From Planctomycetota bacterium (GTDB lineage Bacteria; Planctomycetota; UBA1135; GCA-002686595), in assembly GCA_040265735.1 (NCBI GenBank), contig JBDQFW010000001.1, positions 1-45,642 on the forward strand: DNA of 45,642 nucleotides. The letters run 5' to 3'. Shown one piece after another: positions 37,916 through 45,642 of the stretch. Positions within the stretch are counted from its first letter, which is position 1; every line of letters begins with the position of its first letter. Under the pieces are notes generated by a model. It did no database searches. It saw only the letters and a list, made by a program, of their open reading frames with translations, and had not been told where the DNA came from. Both the position numbers and the translations under genes were made by a program.

Positions 37916-38641
37916 ATTTCAGGCTCCGCTCCTGCGCGCCGCGCGGCCTCGCGCTCGGCCGCGAGCAGGGCCTCTCGAATCCCGGGCGTGAGGGCACGCA
38001 CTTCCTCCTCCGAGATCCGGCGCGGCACCGGGATCGGGGCTCCCATGTGCGCGTGCACGCGAGCAAAGGGCTTGGGCACGGTGAAGCGGTCCCAGGAGGG
38101 CATGCGCCAGGCCCGCTCCACGTGGATGCCAACGGGTACAACCGGGTGGCCCGTCATGTGAGCCAGGAACGCCACCCCGTCCGTGATCGAGTGGATCGGC
38201 CCGCGCGGGCCGTCGGGGGTGATCGCGATGGTCATCCCGCCGCGGAGGGTGCGGATCATCTCCTTCATGGCACGGGACCCCCCCGCGGCTCGCGGACCCC
38301 ACGATGATCGGGTAGCCCAGCTTGCGCAGCACCGCCATCGAGAGCTCTCCGTCCTTGGACGGTGAGACGAGAACGGCCGAGGGACGCCCCTTCATGGCGC
38401 GCAGCACCGGGAAGGCCCGGCCATGCCAGAACACCAGCAGGCAGGGCTTGCCCGAGTCGAAGTCGAGGGTGCTCGGGTCGTCGGCGGAGAGGACGCGCCG
38501 CCAGGTGAAGGACAGGAAGCGGAAGATCGCGCCGCCCGCGAGGGCAACGATCGGCTTCAGCAGGCGCCGCCGCGCGCGACGCACGCGGGCGGTCGTGCGG
38601 TGCTTGCGCTCCCTGGGAGGCTCACCTCCGATCCTGGCCAT
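37912..38641 (-). pseudogene. DUF374 / lysophospholipid-acyltransferase-like gene, reading frame broken by a 1-nt indel in a C7 (coding-strand G7) run
   Basis: The N-terminal part (VFWHGR...LVSPSKDGELSMAVLRKLGYPIIVGSASRGG) lies in the frame of ORF 37919..38641. The conserved continuation (MKEMIRTLRGGMTIAITPDGPRGP...SWDRFTVPKPFARV) lies in the frame of ORF 37912..38268. The switch occurs at 38278-38284. Confidence 0.8.
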
Positions 38642-38647
38642 GCGAGA

Positions 38648-40402
38648 TCAGTAGTCCCCGGCCTCGGCGTTCGGGATCGAGGACCCCTCCTCGAGCGAGA
38701 ACTCCTTCGGCGCGGGCTCTGAGGTCGTCATGACCCCCACGGCAAGCATCGGAATCACTGCGAGGAACTCGGGCCCGAAGGAGGACTCGGAGTGGTAGCG
38801 GACGAGATCGCCCTCGATCCGGCGCCAGCGGCTCGCGGGCCGGAAGTGCTTGCGCAGCAGGTCCGACGGAGGGAGCGCGTCCAGGGGGTTCTGAGGGGCC
38901 TCCCCCTCCATTCCGGCCTCTTCGAGCCCCATGGTCATCCCGCCCATGAAGCCGCCCACGAGCGCGAGCACGCCGTCATAGGCTGCGGCCAGCACGCCCA
39001 TCCAGTCCTCCTCGGTGGCGAGGCCCGAGCCGTCCTCCACGGCGATCACACCCTCGCCCTCCTTGCCCTGCGAGCGGATGGCCCGCTTCAGCTGGGACGC
39101 GTTGGTGCTCACGAGCAGGGCGCCACCAGCGACCGAGAACGACGGCTTGAGCAGACCCACCAGGTCGATGGGGAGGGGCAGGTCGAGGTCCAGGTCGATA
39201 CCCTCGACGGCCTCGAGGGTGTAGAGCGGGTTCTTGCGGTAAGGCTTGTTGGTCACGGTGGCGGCGCCCGCAAGCTGGGCCTCCAGCACCCCCATGAGGG
39301 CCTCCAGGCCCGCACGGGCCGCCGCGTCGTCCTCGACGGGGATCGTCAGCAGGAGGGGCGGAGCGGAGAGCACCGAGATCTTGTTCGACATCGAAAGGGT
39401 TGCCCGGTTTCCGAGGCTCCCAAGCAGACCACGCACGGCCGCGGCGTCCAGCTCGGAGACGCCCTCCAGTCCGAGGCTGCGCTCCAGCTCTGCAGCCTGG
39501 AGGCTGTAGGTCACCTGAACGGAGGTCTCCTCCAGGCGCGCGACGGGGGCCTCCCCGAGGGGCTGGCCCCCAAGAGCCCGCGCCCCAGGCGTCACCGGGA
39601 ACCAGCCGTCCGTCACGAACCGGTCCCCCTCGAGCACCACGCGCCAGTCGCCGCCCCGAGAGGCCATGGTGAACCAGGGCCCCATGAACCCCTCGCCGAG
39701 GGTCTGGAGGAGGTCCCCCACCCCGGCCGCGGCCTCCCACTGGGGCTCGAGCCGAGCCTCCATCACGACCACTCCGGCCGTAGCCCCAAACCTGGAGGCC
39801 GACGAGCGCGACCCCTCGGCCACCGAGCGGGCCTCTCCCAACGCGAGCTCGAGCCGGGAGCCCGAGCGTTCGCAGCGCATGGGCGGGGCGCCCGGCATCG
39901 AGAGGGTCCAGGACGCCGAGGAGGCTCCGAGCGCATCGAGCTCAGCGGCCTCGACACCGAGCTGCTGGCCCATGGCCCGCTGCAGGGACACGGCAGCCTC
40001 GTCGGAGGTTGCGTCCATGAGCATGAGGACATCCGCCTTCGGGGGCGCCCCCTCTTGCATGGCGCCAAAGAGCTCGAACGCGGCACCGAGGGAGGGCCCC
40101 GACATCGAGACCGCCTGGACCTGGCCCATCAGCTCCATCCAGGGGAGGTCGAGCAGACCCAGTTCCCCGGTGAGATCCCCCGTGAGACTGTCGAGCATCT
40201 CCAGCATGGGCTGAAGCTCGGGCTCCGCCAGGAGCGCGCCCCACGCCGTTCCGCCGTAGGCATCGACGAGCGCCTGCACATCCGGAACGCTGAGCGTGAA
40301 GGCTGCATCCTCGGGGTGGAGCGCAAGGTGATCCCCTGCAGGCCGGGGTCCTCCAAGAAGGGCGGGAGCGAGGGCGGCAAGGAGGAGCGCAGTGGAGGTC
40401 AT
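38648..40402 (-). CDS. Large secreted hypothetical protein (584 aa)
   Basis: Signal-like MTSTALLLAALAPALLGG and a GC3-rich frame. No motif recognised. Start trimmed to the ATG at 40402. Ends 6 nt upstream of the DUF374 start. Confidence 0.6.
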   Translation of the reverse strand: MTSTALLLAALAPALLGGPRPAGDHLALHPEDAAFTLSVPDVQALVDAYGGTAWGALLAEPELQPMLEMLDSLTGDLTGELGLLDLPWMELMGQVQAVSMSGPSLGAAFELFGAMQEGAPPKADVLMLMDATSDEAAVSLQRAMGQQLGVEAAELDALGASSASWTLSMPGAPPMRCERSGSRLELALGEARSVAEGSRSSASRFGATAGVVVMEARLEPQWEAAAGVGDLLQTLGEGFMGPWFTMASRGGDWRVVLEGDRFVTDGWFPVTPGARALGGQPLGEAPVARLEETSVQVTYSLQAAELERSLGLEGVSELDAAAVRGLLGSLGNRATLSMSNKISVLSAPPLLLTIPVEDDAAARAGLEALMGVLEAQLAGAATVTNKPYRKNPLYTLEAVEGIDLDLDLPLPIDLVGLLKPSFSVAGGALLVSTNASQLKRAIRSQGKEGEGVIAVEDGSGLATEEDWMGVLAAAYDGVLALVGGFMGGMTMGLEEAGMEGEAPQNPLDALPPSDLLRKHFRPASRWRRIEGDLVRYHSESSFGPEFLAVIPMLAVGVMTTSEPAPKEFSLEEGSSIPNAEAGDY

Positions 40403-40613
40403 GGCAGCGCAGATCGTGCGTGAGGTCGGGGGTCGCGTCCACCCAGAATCGGGCCAGCAGGCGCAGGGTTCGCGGCGAATCGGTCGATTCTTGTAGGACG
40501 CCACCCGGCCCAGCGCGGGGCTATCATCCCCGATCGAAGGGCCCAAGCCGCCCGCTGCGGGCAGCGCCCGCTGGCGCGAGCCTCCCCAGACCGACCCCGA
40601 CCCGTTCCTCCCC

Positions 40614-41627
40614 ATGGCCAAGCACAAGGCACCCACCCAGGTCACGATCCTCCGCGAGGAGAAGTCGCTGATGCAGGCGTGGGTCGATCGCTACTGGAAG
40701 ACCTTCGCCGCCCTCGCGGTCGCCCTCACCGCCGTCCTGCTCTACCGGACCTGGTCCGCCGAGCAGGCCCGCGCGCAGATGGGCGCCGAGTGGGCTCCCC
40801 TGGACGCGGCCGTCCGCGAAGGTGACCGCGAGCAGCTCGCCGCACTGCGGGTCGCCAACGCGGGCTCCTCTGTGGGCGACTGGGCCACCTTCGCCGAGGG
40901 CCAAGCCGCCCTGGCGGCCGGGGACTCCGCGGAGGCTGCTGCCGCCTTCGCCGCCCTGGAGGGCTCCCAGGACCCCGTTCTGAGCAAGCTGAACCTCCCC
41001 CTCGGACCCGACGGCACCGAGCAGACCATCGCACAGCACCTTGCCGGCGCCTCCGCCGCGCAGGCCGCATGGGAAGCTGCCAACCCGGTCCTCGACAACG
41101 CCGCTCCCGCCCCCGACGCCCCCAAGGTGATCCTGGAGACGGACAAGGGCGAGATCGAGCTCACCCTCTACACCGACCGGGCGCCCATCCACGCCCAGAA
41201 CTACATCAAGCTGGCGAAGGAGGGCTTCTTCGACGGCACCCTGTTCCACCGCGTGGTGCGCACGCCCGGCATGTGGATCATCCAGGGCGGCGACCCCAAC
41301 TCGAAGGAGGGCGAGCCGAGCACCTGGGGCCAGGGGGGCCCCGGCTACGACCAGACCCCCGAGCAGAACGGCCTGATCCACGCCCGCGGCTACCTCTCGG
41401 CGGCCGCACCGGGAGCGGGAGCGCGCAGCTCCGGCAGCCAGTTCTTCCTGACTCTCGGCTCCTGCCACTTCCTGGACACCAAGCACACCGTCTTCGGGAA
41501 GATCACCGGCGGCATGGACATCGCTGAGGCCATTGGCAACGGTGAGATCCGTCCTGCCGAGGGCGCCCTCCGGGACATCCCCGTGGAGCCCATCAAGGTC
41601 CTCCGCACCCGGGTCGAAGGCGCCTGA
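40614..41627 (+). CDS. Membrane-anchored cyclophilin-type peptidyl-prolyl cis-trans isomerase with an N-terminal helical domain
   Basis: TM helix FAALAVALTAVLLY. C-terminal cyclophilin blocks (FHRVV...IQGGDP, SGSQFFLT, HTVFGKI). Confidence 0.85.
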   Translation: MAKHKAPTQVTILREEKSLMQAWVDRYWKTFAALAVALTAVLLYRTWSAEQARAQMGAEWAPLDAAVREGDREQLAALRVANAGSSVGDWATFAEGQAALAAGDSAEAAAAFAALEGSQDPVLSKLNLPLGPDGTEQTIAQHLAGASAAQAAWEAANPVLDNAAPAPDAPKVILETDKGEIELTLYTDRAPIHAQNYIKLAKEGFFDGTLFHRVVRTPGMWIIQGGDPNSKEGEPSTWGQGGPGYDQTPEQNGLIHARGYLSAAAPGAGARSSGSQFFLTLGSCHFLDTKHTVFGKITGGMDIAEAIGNGEIRPAEGALRDIPVEPIKVLRTRVEGA

Positions 41628-41676
41628 GGCGCTGAGGCTCTCGGGCCCTGGGCACCGAGCCCGAGACACTTCGAGC

Positions 41677-41709
41677 GCGGCCGCGCCCCTGGATCAGGGG
41701 TGCGGCCGC
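41677..41709 (+). terminator. GC-rich hairpin downstream of the PPIase gene
   Basis: gcggccgcgcccctg / caggggtgcggccgc forms a 15-nt arm with one G-U pair, followed by gtcgcgtttccc (a weak T tract). Confidence 0.45.
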
Positions 41710-41973
41710 GTCGCGTTTCCCACAAGTTCAGAGCGCGGATCGGCAGGGCCCCGCAGGAACAAGATCCTCTAAAGCGTCAAGAGGCGCTGGGGTAAGCGGT
41801 CGCGTGATCGCCGGACCGCCGCCGCAAACCTCTAGAACGCAGGGAGTTACGCCCCATGAAGTCCGGTGCGGGCGCATGAAAACAGTCTAGGTTCCTCCTC
41901 GTGCCCGCCCTGGGGGCGGTCATCACACCCCGAGCCGCTGAGTTGTCCACATCCGCTCCACAGAGCGGCGTGA

Positions 41974-42855
41974 TCAGATCTGAGCGGTCGGGGCGACCCG
42001 CGCGATTAGGACATCCAGCTGCTCGCGTCCGTGGAACTTGACGACCAACTTGCCCTCAAGGTCCTCGGTGCAGTGGACCTCCACCGGCAGCCCAAGCGAG
42101 CGCTCGATCTTCTTGCGCAGATCCACGAGCCAGGGGGGATCCTGGCGCGCAGGTGCACTGCTGCCCTTGCCTCCGCTGCCGCCCTTCGCGGCGCCAGGTC
42201 GCTGGAAACTCGAGCCCTCCTTCGAGAGCTGCTCCGTGGCACGCACGCTGAGCTCGGAGCGTACGACCGTCTCGAGTCCCTTGAGCTGAGCCTTCTCCCC
42301 CTTCAGGGCCGCGAGGGCCTTCGCGTGGCCAAAGGTGATGAGGTCTGAGGCGACAGCTTCCTGGATCGGCTCGGGGAGGTCGAGGAGCCGCAGGTGGTTG
42401 GCCACCGCGGCCCGGCTCACCCCCACCCGCTTCGCCACCTGCTCCTGGGTGTACCCGAGGGCTTCCATCATCTCGTGGAAGGCCCGGGCCTTCTCAATGG
42501 CGTCGAGATCCTCTCGCTGAAGGTTCTCGATGAGGGCGACCTCCATGGTGCGGGCCTCGTCCGAGTCCTGCACCACCACGGGGATCTCCGTCAGGCCTGA
42601 GAGGCGCGCAGCGCGCCAGCGGCGCTCACCGGCCACGATCTGGTAGCCACCCTCGACCGGGCGCACATTGATGGGCTGGAGCACCCCGTGCTGCTCGATG
42701 CTGGCCTTGAGGCTGTCCAGGGCTTCGCTGTCGAAGACCTTCCGCGGCTGGTTCGGGTTGGGCCGTATGCGCGCGATGGGCAGCACCCGCGGGGACTCCT
42801 GCGGGGTCTTCGAGTCGGAGATGAGGGAACCGAGGCCGCGTCCGAGTGCTGTCAT
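41974..42855 (-). CDS. parB: Chromosome partitioning protein ParB (Spo0J)
   Basis: GLGRGLGSLI N-terminus. GERRWRAA arginine patch. HTH QEQVAKRVGVSRAAVANHLRLL. C-terminal dimerisation block. Start trimmed to the ATG at 42855. Confidence 0.9.
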   Translation of the reverse strand: MTALGRGLGSLISDSKTPQESPRVLPIARIRPNPNQPRKVFDSEALDSLKASIEQHGVLQPINVRPVEGGYQIVAGERRWRAARLSGLTEIPVVVQDSDEARTMEVALIENLQREDLDAIEKARAFHEMMEALGYTQEQVAKRVGVSRAAVANHLRLLDLPEPIQEAVASDLITFGHAKALAALKGEKAQLKGLETVVRSELSVRATEQLSKEGSSFQRPGAAKGGSGGKGSSAPARQDPPWLVDLRKKIERSLGLPVEVHCTEDLEGKLVVKFHGREQLDVLIARVAPTAQI

Positions 42856-42914
42856 GTTGGAGAGGGTGTGGGGTTGGTCGAGCAGTATGCCTCGGCAGCC
42901 CCCACCTAGACGAG

Positions 42915-42930
42915 TGTTCCACGTGGAACA
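42915..42930. promoter_or_regulatory. parS site (perfect 16-bp palindrome tgttccacgtggaaca)
   Basis: Matches the chromosomal parS consensus TGTTNCACGTGAAACA with a symmetric variant. Lies 60 nt upstream of the parB start. Confidence 0.85.
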
Positions 42931-43007
42931 CTCCACCTCCTCCCGCCTCTAGGAACAGCCCCAGCCCAGGGGAACTCGATGTAGCCGAAGTGCGTCCTGG
43001 AGATCGA

Positions 43008-43023
43008 TGTTCCACGTGGAACA
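43008..43023. promoter_or_regulatory. parS site (second identical copy)
   Basis: Identical 16-mer located 93 bp from the first copy. Confidence 0.85.
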
Positions 43024-43057
43024 CTCACACCCTTCGCGCCAACATGGCGCCGTGCCC

Positions 43058-43729
43058 ATGCCCCCCCTCCTCGCCTGGTCCCTCCGCTCCCCCTGGAGAT
43101 CACCGGTGTGTTGGGGGCTGCTGGGACTCGGGATCTTCGGCCCCCCCACGCTCACCCGAGCCCTGCGACTCTCGATCCTGGATGGGGGGACCGAGGGGGC
43201 CCCGCTTCAGTGGTGCCTCCTGGCAGGCCTTTCAGGAAGCCTCATGGGCCTGCGCCTGCTGGACCAAGGGGGCTGGATCCTTGCTCGCAGACGCGCCCTC
43301 GCCCTGCCCACGGAGGCAGGACTCCTCCTCGCCCCGGCGCTCGCCGCCATGATCCTCGCGCTCCTCCTGGGCTGGCCCTGGTGGGGTCTTCCTGCCAGCC
43401 CCTCCCTCGTGGGTGCCGCGACTCAGGTGATGCAGTGGTCGCTCCTCGGCACCCTGCTCTGGACCCTCGGTCTGAGGGGCCTCCCCCTCCTGATCGCCCT
43501 GCCTCTGACCGGCTGGGTGCTGCCGGCGGCTCTAGCTGGGTGGGCAAGCCCAGGCCCCTTCCTCGCCGCAGCCTTCAGCGGTGGAGCCTGGCCATCCTCC
43601 ACCCCCCAGGGAGTCCTCCAAGCCCCAAGCCTCCTGAGCGCCCTTGGATTGGCCCTTCTCATCATGGCTGCCCGTAGGCTGCCCATCTTTGATCTTTCGC
43701 CCCCCGATGCGGTACGCGGTTCTCGGTGA
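43058..43729 (+). CDS. Polytopic membrane protein, hypothetical
   Basis: Several Leu/Ala/Gly/Trp-rich hydrophobic segments. Start trimmed to the ATG at 43058, because the ORF start at 43007 lies inside parS. Overlaps the next gene by 23 nt. Confidence 0.5.
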   Translation: MPPLLAWSLRSPWRSPVCWGLLGLGIFGPPTLTRALRLSILDGGTEGAPLQWCLLAGLSGSLMGLRLLDQGGWILARRRALALPTEAGLLLAPALAAMILALLLGWPWWGLPASPSLVGAATQVMQWSLLGTLLWTLGLRGLPLLIALPLTGWVLPAALAGWASPGPFLAAAFSGGAWPSSTPQGVLQAPSLLSALGLALLIMAARRLPIFDLSPPDAVRGSR

Positions 43730-44441
43730 CATCCACGCGAACCTGACCGCACTGGAGGCGGTCCTGGAGGCGCTCAAGCCCTTCGAGGTGGACGAGATCC
43801 TCTCGGTGGGTGACCTGGTGGGTTATGGACCCTCACCCAGGGAGACCCTCGAGCGCGTCCGCGAGGAGGGGATCGTATCGGTGCGGGGGAACCACGACGA
43901 GGCTTGCTCAGGAAGGCTCGAGCCGCTCTTCTTCAGTGACTCCGCCAGGCGGGTGGCCGAGTGGACCCGGGGCGAACTCACCGGCGAGGAGAAGCGCTGG
44001 CTGGCAAACCTGCCCCTGACCCTGGACCTCGAGGGCTGCTCCCTGGCCCACGCGACCTACGACTATCCGCGGGAGTTCCGCCGGATCACCACCCTCCGGG
44101 ACGCGCGAGCTTCCCTCGAACAGATCCCCAGTCAGGTGTGCTTCGTGGGCCACACCCATGTCCCGGTCGCCGTGCTCCAGAGGGAGGCCGGCTCACGCGA
44201 GCTGACCTTCTCGGTGTCCAGCGACCTGGACCTCTCCTCGACCCATCGAGCCCTGATCAACCCGGGCAGCGTCGGGCAGCCGCGTGACGAGGACCCACGG
44301 GCCGCATTTGGAATCTTTGATGTCGAAACATCGCGCTACCAGCTCCACCGGGTGTCCTACGACATCGCTCAGGAGGCTGAGCGGGTGCGCCGGGCAGGAA
44401 TTCCCAGCTTCCTCGCAGAGCGCCTCGCTCTGGGCGTCTAG
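43707..44441 (+). CDS. Metallophosphoesterase (calcineurin-like, YfcE/MJ0936-type)
   Basis: MRYAVLGDIHAN, GDLVGYGP, GNHD, and the HATY / GHTH / GS.GQPRD blocks. Confidence 0.85.
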   Translation: MRYAVLGDIHANLTALEAVLEALKPFEVDEILSVGDLVGYGPSPRETLERVREEGIVSVRGNHDEACSGRLEPLFFSDSARRVAEWTRGELTGEEKRWLANLPLTLDLEGCSLAHATYDYPREFRRITTLRDARASLEQIPSQVCFVGHTHVPVAVLQREAGSRELTFSVSSDLDLSSTHRALINPGSVGQPRDEDPRAAFGIFDVETSRYQLHRVSYDIAQEAERVRRAGIPSFLAERLALGV

Positions 44442-44475
44442 GCCACAAATCACACGCGGCCAAGACGGGGGCGCC

Positions 44476-45642
44476 TCAGCCCCGCAGGTAGCCGAGGTCC
44501 TCGGGCAGGCGCTCGAGGCCCCACTCCCCGATGCCGGCCTCGAAGAGCCGACGCAAGTCCTCCAGAGGCCTGGTGTCCCCGCGGAACACCAGCTCCCGGT
44601 GCTCGGGGTTGGAGCCCGCCAGGATCATGACCTCGAGGATCGAGCCTGCGTTGGCCACCTTGCCCGCCAGCTCGAGCTCGACGGGAGTGCCATGGTGATG
44701 GACCACCGCGACCAGGAGCGCGATCGGCCGCGCGTGCAGGGTCACCTCGGCCGGGATCTCCAGCGTGATCGCCTGGACATCGGTGTAGCTCGGGAGGAGG
44801 TCCTCTGCGAGGGTGCGTCCCGCCTCGAGCACCTCGAGGGCAGCCTGGCCCAGGTCGTTCAGCACGAGGGTGTGGACCTGGTCCCGGGGCACTAGAGCGG
44901 CCAGGCGCTCCTGGGCCTCGGCTGCCCGCTCGCCGTTCTCGTGGCGCTCCACGAAGTGCACCAGCTGGGTCACCGCCTCGAGCAGGTGGAGGGTCGCGGA
45001 GACATGGCCTCGTAGCCGAGGCAATCGCCCATCCTCGGCCTCCCGGCGCGTGTTCTTGATGTGCGTGTCGTAGGCCGACTGGAGGTTGTGGACGGTGGCC
45101 TCGAACACGCGCGCGTGCTCCTCGCGGCAGCGCGCCAGGAGCAGCCGCTCGCGCTCGACGGGGTCGTCAGACCGCTCGAGGCCCGCGGCCGCCAGCATGT
45201 CCGCGGCCTGGAGGTACTTGCTCGCCACCTCCGCAATGCGCTGCTCCTCGTCGGTGAGGTCCTGAATGCCGAGGGTGCGGGGCAGCCGGAAGTGGATGGC
45301 TGGCTGAGAGGGACCCTCGGGTTCCTCGCCCCCCACTGCAACCTCGACCCCGACCTCAGCGGCCTCGTCCCGCAGCGCCCCCAGGAGTGCATCCAGGCTG
45401 GCGCGGACGAACGAGCGCCCCCGGTCCACGGCGGCCTGGACCGCGACGACGCGGTCCTCCCCAAGGGCGCCCTCGAGGCCGTAGCCGGCCAGACGGCGGT
45501 GGAGGTGCTCGAGGGACAGGCCCGCGAGGGAGAAGCCGCGGATCGAGGCGGTCAGCTCCGTGAAGAGGTGATATTGCGCATTCCAACGCGCGCCGTAGTC
45601 ATCCAGGCACGCCTCGAGCTCATCCGCCTCGCTGTGCAGCTC
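44476..45642 (-). CDS. HPr-domain-containing protein with a large unrecognised N-terminal region (5' end outside the window)
   Basis: The C-terminal ~90 aa match the HPr fold. TLHARPIALLV matches the His-15 region, and ANAGSILEVMILAG matches the Ser-46 region. By hand translation, the frame stays open upstream of the listed GTG at 45429 all the way to the window edge. Confidence 0.75.
   Translation of the reverse strand, partial: ELHSEADELEACLDDYGARWNAQYHLFTELTASIRGFSLAGLSLEHLHRRLAGYGLEGALGEDRVVAVQAAVDRGRSFVRASLDALLGALRDEAAEVGVEVAVGGEEPEGPSQPAIHFRLPRTLGIQDLTDEEQRIAEVASKYLQAADMLAAAGLERSDDPVERERLLLARCREEHARVFEATVHNLQSAYDTHIKNTRREAEDGRLPRLRGHVSATLHLLEAVTQLVHFVERHENGERAAEAQERLAALVPRDQVHTLVLNDLGQAALEVLEAGRTLAEDLLPSYTDVQAITLEIPAEVTLHARPIALLVAVVHHHGTPVELELAGKVANAGSILEVMILAGSNPEHRELVFRGDTRPLEDLRRLFEAGIGEWGLERLPEDLGYLRG

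Noticed and set aside
38268-38290. Programmed ribosomal frameshift or selenocysteine recoding as the explanation for the split DUF374 gene.
   Set aside because: The break is a change of frame, not an in-frame TGA. No slippery heptamer plus downstream structure is evident. A homopolymer indel, real or artefactual, is the simpler explanation, although slippage-based phase variation stays open.
41628-41973. Chromosomal replication origin (oriC) next to parB/parS.
   Set aside because: I found only one exact DnaA-box-like 9-mer (ttgtccaca) plus weak variants. There is no box cluster, no clear AT-rich unwinding element, and no dnaA or dnaN nearby.

Overview
This is a very G+C-rich, densely coding bacterial chromosomal segment of about 40 protein genes and one tRNA. 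It has no rRNA, CRISPR array, integrase, transposase or other recognisable mobile element. All calls come from reading the supplied ORF translations and the nucleotide sequence. No database search was run, so family names rest on recognised motifs and many start codons are provisional. The high G+C produces many long antisense shadow ORFs, which I discarded.

The content is mostly housekeeping and envelope functions:
- Housekeeping enzymes: purF, pepN, monomeric icd, mgtE, lepB-like, mltA-like, selU/mnmH, a LeuA-like synthase, cyclophilin, a MoxR ATPase and a transketolase-like enzyme.
- Two ECF sigma / anti-sigma modules.
- parB with two perfect parS sites.
- tRNA-Arg(CCG).

I see no clear-cut defence island or mobile system. 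The items that most deserve a second look are:
1. A DUF374-family gene broken by a 1-nt indel in a 7-nt homopolymer.
2. A co-directional block of GT4 glycosyltransferase, B12-binding radical SAM, aldo-keto reductase and SGNH hydrolase, with strong intergenic hairpins.
3. A five-gene ECF operon headed by a secreted Asp-rich (calcium-loop-like) protein.
4. A 24-nt tandem repeat that spans the lepB stop codon upstream of the second ECF sigma gene.
5. A parB with twin parS sites but no adjacent parA, next to an unusually long, lower-GC convergent intergenic region.
6. An HPr phosphocarrier domain fused to a large unrecognised N-terminal region, cut by the window edge.
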